A DNA stretch of 64,000 bases from Planctomycetota bacterium (GTDB taxonomy: Bacteria; Planctomycetota; Phycisphaerae; SM23-33): contig JAJRYB010000019.1 in the NCBI GenBank assembly GCA_024275995.1, positions 2,728 through 66,727 on the forward strand. Direction: 5' to 3'. Both the position numbers and the translations under genes were made by a program. Under the pieces are notes generated by a model. It was not told the DNA's origin and made no database searches. It saw only the letters and a list, made by a program, of their open reading frames with translations. Positions 59,241 to 64,000 of the stretch are shown in pieces. Position 1 is the stretch's first letter. Every line of letters begins with the position of its first letter.

Positions 59241-59873
59241 TTACGCTCTTGCGCGGCGCTTCTTGAAGAACACGCCAATGGAACCGGCGACCAGTAATGC
59301 GATAGAACACGCCTCCGGAACGAACTCGAAGTTGTCGACGTACGCGTTGGCCGTCACGTCTTTCGAAGCGTCGTGGCTGTTCACTACCTTTGCCGTAACA
59401 AGAACCTGCCCGGCGATGTCCAGGTTCGGGAGCGAGAGTGTCCGATTCGCCCAGGATGCGCCGCTCTCGGTGATCTGCCAGGTCGCCGTATCGACAAAGT
59501 CGTTGTAGGACACCTCGACGGAAATTTCCAGATTGTTCCAGTCCGGCGTGTCATTGCCGGTCAACTCCACGGCGGCGTCGAACCGAAGCGCATCCGTACC
59601 GGCAGGCGCGAACATCCCGACGACGAATTCCGGGGTATAGGCCGAAATTCCCCGACCACCCGCGCCGGTTTCAGCGCTCAGTCGCAGGACATTGACAGCA
59701 GAGGCGTAAGTAGCCTCCACCGCATGTGACGTTCCACCAGCGAGGTCCTCCTGCACAGTCCAGTCAGTCAGTCCACTGCTGAAATCGCCGTTGGATATGT
59801 CTGCCGTCGCCCCCGCCGCAACCAACGCCAGAATCCCCCCACATACACCGAGAACCCTTCCGATCCTTCTCAT
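59241..59873 (-). CDS. PEP-CTERM sorting-domain secreted protein (the ORF extends to 59975)
   Basis: C-terminus VPEACSIALLVAGSIGVFFKKRRARA is a PEP-CTERM-like anchor (VPEx motif, TM, basic tail). Signal peptide MRRIGRVLGVCGGILALVAAGATA. Confidence 0.65.
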   Translation of the reverse strand: MRRIGRVLGVCGGILALVAAGATADISNGDFSSGLTDWTVQEDLAGGTSHAVEATYASAVNVLRLSAETGAGGRGISAYTPEFVVGMFAPAGTDALRFDAAVELTGNDTPDWNNLEISVEVSYNDFVDTATWQITESGASWANRTLSLPNLDIAGQVLVTAKVVNSHDASKDVTANAYVDNFEFVPEACSIALLVAGSIGVFFKKRRARA

Positions 59874-60115
59874 CGCAATACCCTCGCGCAACTCCATAAC
59901 TCCACGCCGGACACAATCCGTCGCCCAGCCTAACGGGAGCTTCCCAACGCTGCAGAGCCCTCCGCAGCAGGCCACCGGGCGCGACGAGCAACCGTTTCAC
60001 ACGCACCCAAAGGCTTCACCTCTCCTGTCCTCGATGCCCAATATATGGGCATTTGGTGGTTTTTTCAAGCAATAATCCGAAAAAATATTTAGAAAACCCG
60101 AAAAACCGACAAAGT

Positions 60116-60145
60116 TTGACAATTCGGCATGATCCGCATTAGCAT
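60116..60145 (+). promoter_or_regulatory. Sigma70-like promoter candidate: TTGACA, 18-bp spacer, TAGCAT, about 25 bp upstream of the ATG at 60173
   Basis: Read directly in an AT-rich patch. The motifs aatccgaaaaaa and cccgaaaaacc lie just upstream. Confidence 0.4.
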
Positions 60146-60172
60146 ACCTGTGTAGACTTCTGAAAGGCAGCC

Positions 60173-61144
60173 ATGTTGTGGCTTATTGACATTCGTGTTG
60201 CGAAAGTAACTTCAGTAAGGCGATCCAGCCTGAAGTCACGGAGCAATCCGCCGGTGGCGGATTGCGTTGGTAATACGAAGGTCAATAAGGGTGAACCGAT
60301 CCGTCGTTACGTTCTGGCGTCCCTGGCGGCGCTGCTCCTGGCGACGGCGACAGGCTGTCCGGAAACCACTGAAGCGCCGACGGCCGACAAAGGCCCGCAA
60401 ATACCGGGAGATTTGCGTCGAAAGCGCGGGAACAACAAGGACAGACGTTTCATCCTGCTGGTCCGGCTGCGAATGGCGACGATCGAGGTGCCCCTCGGAA
60501 CGGTCAGCGGGTCGGAGGAACTCTGGAGCTACCTCGACGAGGAACCCATCCGCGCCCTGCGATCGGCAACGCTGGGACGAAACGGAATTCGCATCGGAAT
60601 CGGTCGCAGCGACACGTGGGACGACCTGGCGAAGGTCCTCAAAAAGATGACGGGGCGCGAGGTAAAGCACTCCACGCTGGGCGCACTTCCGGGCGATCCG
60701 CTAGCCGTGGTGCTGAAGGTCAATCAGCCCGCACAGACGATTTTCGTTTCCTACGAAGACCGCACGCTCAGCGGGGCGGACTATCCCCCGGGCGAAAACC
60801 TGCTGACGTTCAGTTTCTCCCTGGACGAGGACGACCCGTCGCGGGCGATTATCACGGGCGTTCCGCAGGTGCGTTCCAATAAACGCAAGACCCGCTACGT
60901 CCGCAGTTCGGGCGGGTTCCGGATTCTCAACAGGCCGACGATCCATACCTTCAGGCAACTGGCGTTTCAACTGTCGGTACCCAACCGGAACTTTCTGGTG
61001 ATCGGCCCGAACGCCGAATCACGACGGGAAACGAGCGTGGGGCATCGATTCCTGGTGCGGCGCAAAAAGGGCGTCGAATACGAAACGGTCCTGATCCTGA
61101 TACCGGAGATTTTCGCGGCGCCCCTTAAGACAAAGGCGCCTTGA
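60173..61144 (+). CDS. Hypothetical lipoprotein (the likely start is the GTG at about 60254, giving the signal ...RRYVLASLAALLLATATGC)
   Basis: Lipobox LATATGC. Its end overlaps the histidine kinase start by 4 nt. Confidence 0.5.
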   Translation: MLWLIDIRVAKVTSVRRSSLKSRSNPPVADCVGNTKVNKGEPIRRYVLASLAALLLATATGCPETTEAPTADKGPQIPGDLRRKRGNNKDRRFILLVRLRMATIEVPLGTVSGSEELWSYLDEEPIRALRSATLGRNGIRIGIGRSDTWDDLAKVLKKMTGREVKHSTLGALPGDPLAVVLKVNQPAQTIFVSYEDRTLSGADYPPGENLLTFSFSLDEDDPSRAIITGVPQVRSNKRKTRYVRSSGGFRILNRPTIHTFRQLAFQLSVPNRNFLVIGPNAESRRETSVGHRFLVRRKKGVEYETVLILIPEIFAAPLKTKAP

Positions 61145-62265
61145 GAAGTAACGAAACACACACCGTGAGCGAAAATCAATCCAAGGCGACGCCGAGCGGC
61201 GACGATTTCTACCGAAGACTGTGCGAAAACGCGTCAGTCGCGCTGATCGCCACGGACGGGGAGTTTCGCATCGTATCGTGGAACGCCGCGGCCGAGCGTC
61301 TGCTGGACAGGCCCGCGGAGGAAATGCTTTCCCGCCCGCTGCGATGCGCCGTTCCCGAGAACCGGCGAAAGCTGCTGGACCGCCTTCTTACCCGCACTAC
61401 GCGGCGCGGCGTCGCCAGCCAGTTCGAGGTGCAGATCACAGGCCGCGACGGAACCATCCGCGACCTGATCATCCTGCTGTCGCCGATACCCGCGGGCGAG
61501 GGCGAAGGGCATAATTGCGGCGTGGCGGCGTGGATCGTCGACGAGACACATGCCAAGCGCCTGGCTGAGCGTCTCTCGCAGGCGGAGAAAATCGCGTCGC
61601 TCGGTACGCTTGCCGGAGGCGTGGCGCATCATTTCAATAACATCTTCGGCGGGGTGGCTACGTTCGTGGAGATCGCGCTGGACAGCGGCGATCCCGCGTC
61701 GATGAAACGGGCGCTGTCAATGACGGCGCAGGCGGCACGGCGCGCGGCGAAAATCACCGAGTCGCTGCTGCGGTTCGCCAGGTCGTCCGACCACGAAACG
61801 AACTTCAGCGATCTGACGGAGGTGGTCCTTACCTTCGCCAACCTGTCGGAACGCCCGCTTGGGGAGCGACACATCGATCTTCAGCTCGACCTTAAACCCG
61901 TTCCGGTACTCCAGGTCGAAACCAGGCGGATGCACCAGGTCCTCCGCAACCTGCTGCTTAACGCCGAGGAGGCAATGCCCAACGGGGGTGTCGTCAGGAT
62001 CGGTATGGATCGCGACGGCGGCGAGGTCGTCCTGACGTTTTCGGACACCGGGTGCGGAATAGCGCCGGAAAACCTGCCGATGATTTTCGAGCCGTTTTTC
62101 ACCACCAAGGGCGTGCACGCCGGCGGCGAGCAGATAAACCCCGGACTCGGGCTTTCGGTCGTTCACGGATACGTGCTGGAGATGGGCGGAAAGATCGACG
62201 TCGATTCCACCACGGGCGAGGGAACGACCTTCAGCATTCGCCTTCCCATCCGCAACGCCGTGTAA
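61141..62265 (+). CDS. PAS-domain sensor histidine kinase (cytoplasmic)
   Basis: PAS-like N-terminus. HisKA H-box (GGVAHHFNNIFGGV). HATPase_c N, G1 and G2 boxes (NLLLNAEEAM, DTGCGI, GLGLSV). Confidence 0.8.
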   Translation: MRSNETHTVSENQSKATPSGDDFYRRLCENASVALIATDGEFRIVSWNAAAERLLDRPAEEMLSRPLRCAVPENRRKLLDRLLTRTTRRGVASQFEVQITGRDGTIRDLIILLSPIPAGEGEGHNCGVAAWIVDETHAKRLAERLSQAEKIASLGTLAGGVAHHFNNIFGGVATFVEIALDSGDPASMKRALSMTAQAARRAAKITESLLRFARSSDHETNFSDLTEVVLTFANLSERPLGERHIDLQLDLKPVPVLQVETRRMHQVLRNLLLNAEEAMPNGGVVRIGMDRDGGEVVLTFSDTGCGIAPENLPMIFEPFFTTKGVHAGGEQINPGLGLSVVHGYVLEMGGKIDVDSTTGEGTTFSIRLPIRNAV

Positions 62266-62399
62266 AGCAACTCCGGTTTTTCAAATGGGCGATAAACCTC
62301 TCGCGGCGAACTCGCAATAATCAGCGACAAATCCAACCGGCTTTGCACGGTGCGAAGAGCGGAAGGAAAGAAGGGACACACAGCGGTAAGGAGAACACC

Positions 62400-62846
62400 A
62401 TGAACAAGTTATTGTGGTTATCGTGCGCGCTGTCGGTAGTGGTTCTGGCGGTTGGCCCGTCGCAAGCCTACGCCGAGGGCGGCAGCCCGGAGAGGCTCGC
62501 AGCCAGGTGCATCGCCGCGGCGGACCAGACGGCAGACCGCCTGATCGTCGCGAACGATAATGACGCGGACAAGACCGTGCCGCGCGTAAGATACCTGGTA
62601 GCGAAGGGGCACATCCGCAAGGCGCGCAAGGAAGTCGCCAAGGCGATCGCGAGAATTACCAGGCGATCCAATATCGCCGCCGGCAAGATCCGCAAATGCT
62701 GCAATGCGTGCATCGTGAAGCTGATGAAACTGCGCAGGCCCGACCTCGCCAGGAAGGTCCGCCGTGCACGCGATCACCAGATCGGACGGGTGCGGACCTC
62801 GCAAAGGCGCACCATCGCCCGCGTAAAAGCGCCCCTGCCCGGATAA
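62400..62846 (+). CDS. Small basic secreted protein (148 aa), hypothetical
   Basis: RBS AAGGAG. Signal peptide MNKLLWLSCALSVVVLAVGPSQAYA. The ORF opens upstream at 62052 within the histidine kinase 3' end. Confidence 0.45.
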   Translation: MNKLLWLSCALSVVVLAVGPSQAYAEGGSPERLAARCIAAADQTADRLIVANDNDADKTVPRVRYLVAKGHIRKARKEVAKAIARITRRSNIAAGKIRKCCNACIVKLMKLRRPDLARKVRRARDHQIGRVRTSQRRTIARVKAPLPG

Positions 62847-63027
62847 GCGGTTCCGTTCATCCACGAAGTCAAAGTCGCGTGTAACCCGTCGCCGGTCGGA
62901 ATGCACATTTCGGCCGGTGACGTCTTTGCGCGAGCTTACCGCAGGAAGTTTCGGATAAACCAGCCGAGCGTCGCGAACAACGAGATATAATGGTCGCAGG
63001 TGAACAGGCAAACCGGAGTTATGAAAA

Positions 63028-63552
63028 ATGCGGGTGCGAAAAACAGCGTTTACGCTGATTGAGCTGTTGGTCGTCATCGCGGTCATCGGGCTTCTGGTAG
63101 GCATGGTGATACCGTCCATCAACCAGGCCGGCGTTATCGCACGTCGCCTGCGATGCAAAACCAACCTCCATGCGGCGGGGGTTGGCTTTCGCATGTACCT
63201 CAACGAAAGCAACGAGGTCATGCCGATCGCGGCGGCGATGCCCTCTCTCGGACTGAACGACGAACCTCGCATCGTCGATGTGCTGGAAGATTATCTCTCC
63301 GATCCTGACACGCTCAAGTGCCCCTCGGACATCCGGAAGCGATACTACCTCTCCGAAGGGAGCAGCTACATGTACCACAGCATGCTCGGAGGCAGAAAAG
63401 TGGGCGATTCATTCCTTACCAAACACTGGGGCGAGGCGCAAACGCCGGTGCTGTACGACTACGAGCCGTTCCACGGACGCGCGGGAACACCTGGAGCGGC
63501 GAATTACCTTTTTGTCGACGGACACGTCGGAGACCTTGGAACGGGACAGTAA
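63028..63552 (+). CDS. Prepilin-type N-terminal cleavage/methylation domain protein with a DUF1559-like C-terminus (type II secretion pseudopilin-like)
   Basis: The N-terminus FTLIELLVVIAVIGLL is the class III signal. The C-terminus has the H-x9-G-like end (LFVDGHVGDLG) typical of the abundant planctomycete DUF1559 family. Confidence 0.8.
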   Translation: MRVRKTAFTLIELLVVIAVIGLLVGMVIPSINQAGVIARRLRCKTNLHAAGVGFRMYLNESNEVMPIAAAMPSLGLNDEPRIVDVLEDYLSDPDTLKCPSDIRKRYYLSEGSSYMYHSMLGGRKVGDSFLTKHWGEAQTPVLYDYEPFHGRAGTPGAANYLFVDGHVGDLGTGQ

Positions 63553-63554
63553 AC

Positions 63555-64000
63555 ATGAGCAAAAAAGGCATCCTGATACTTTCGTGCAGCGTGGTGGTAA
63601 TCGCCACGGCTGCGTCCCTGGCGTACTACCTCTGGCCGGTGAATGTTCCGGACCCTCAAACGCAAAGCCCCAAAGAGATTACGGAGTATCTCTCGTCCGA
63701 CGAGTTCACCTCTCTGTCGGAAAAGAAGAAACAGGGATACTGGAAGGCGACGACGCAGCGCGTCGGTAACGATCGCGGTGCAATATTCCGCAGCAGGGAC
63801 ACGATGAGCGAGCAGCAGCGGCGGAAGCTGTTCGAAAACGTCCGCCCGATGTTCATGAAGATGATGGCCGATCGCGTGGACAGGTATTTCGCGCTGCCGC
63901 CGGAGGAGCAAGTAGCCTACCTTGACAAAATGATAGAAATGATAGACCAGATGCGGGGCCGCCGTGCGACGGTGGAGCAGCGCCGTCGCCAGGGGGAGCC
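63555..64000 (+). CDS. Membrane-anchored hypothetical protein, 3'-partial (runs off the window end)
   Basis: ATG immediately after the previous stop. N-terminal TM MSKKGILILSCSVVVIATAASLAYYLW. There is no stop before 64000. Confidence 0.4.
   Translation, partial: MSKKGILILSCSVVVIATAASLAYYLWPVNVPDPQTQSPKEITEYLSSDEFTSLSEKKKQGYWKATTQRVGNDRGAIFRSRDTMSEQQRRKLFENVRPMFMKMMADRVDRYFALPPEEQVAYLDKMIEMIDQMRGRRATVEQRRRQGE

Overview
This is a high-GC (roughly 60-65%) bacterial chromosomal segment that is densely coded on both strands, with no rRNA, tRNA, CRISPR or transposase genes recognised. The gene content points to Planctomycetota or a PVC-group relative: a prepilin-type N-terminal cleavage/DUF1559 protein, a sulfatase with the CxPxR motif, a PEP-CTERM protein, a MoxR-DUF58-BatA cluster, and many TPR and lipoproteins with long signal peptides.

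Housekeeping genes present are trxB, murA, kdsA, tgt, yajC, a leuB-like dehydrogenase, nusA-infB-DUF503-rbfA, hisG, yebC, pyk, mnmA, tadA, miaA and leuS. Accessory content comprises a MoxR/DUF58/vWA (Bat-like) operon, a sulfatase, two tandem GH130 glycoside phosphorylase paralogs, a SpoIID/LytB homolog, a TPR protein with two RNAP alpha-CTD-like domains, a TetR-regulated RND efflux operon translationally coupled to miaA-tadA, an MNT/HEPN toxin-antitoxin pair, an AMMECR1 protein, a PAS histidine kinase, secreted HExxH proteins, and several hypothetical secreted proteins and lipoproteins.

Observations worth a second look are listed below.
- mnmA is interrupted by a single in-frame TAG codon.
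- An endonuclease-III-like (HhH-GPD) domain lacking the lyase lysine is fused to a long lysine-rich histone-H1-like tail.
- A roughly 160-nt extended hairpin between yajC and leuB is a candidate structured RNA.
- A roughly 200-bp AT-rich imperfect palindrome upstream of trxB carries AAATCCGAAA-type motifs that recur in two other intergenic regions.
- Two short intergenic segments are flanked by inverted repeats.
- Tandem small membrane-anchored paralogs resemble single beta-propeller blades.

Several long ORFs antisense to real genes are GC-driven artefacts. In at least two places the ORF-table coordinates disagreed by one base with my transcription of the sequence lines (recount near 2695 and 3061), so the ORF-table coordinates were used throughout and the positions of small elements are approximate (+/- a few bp).
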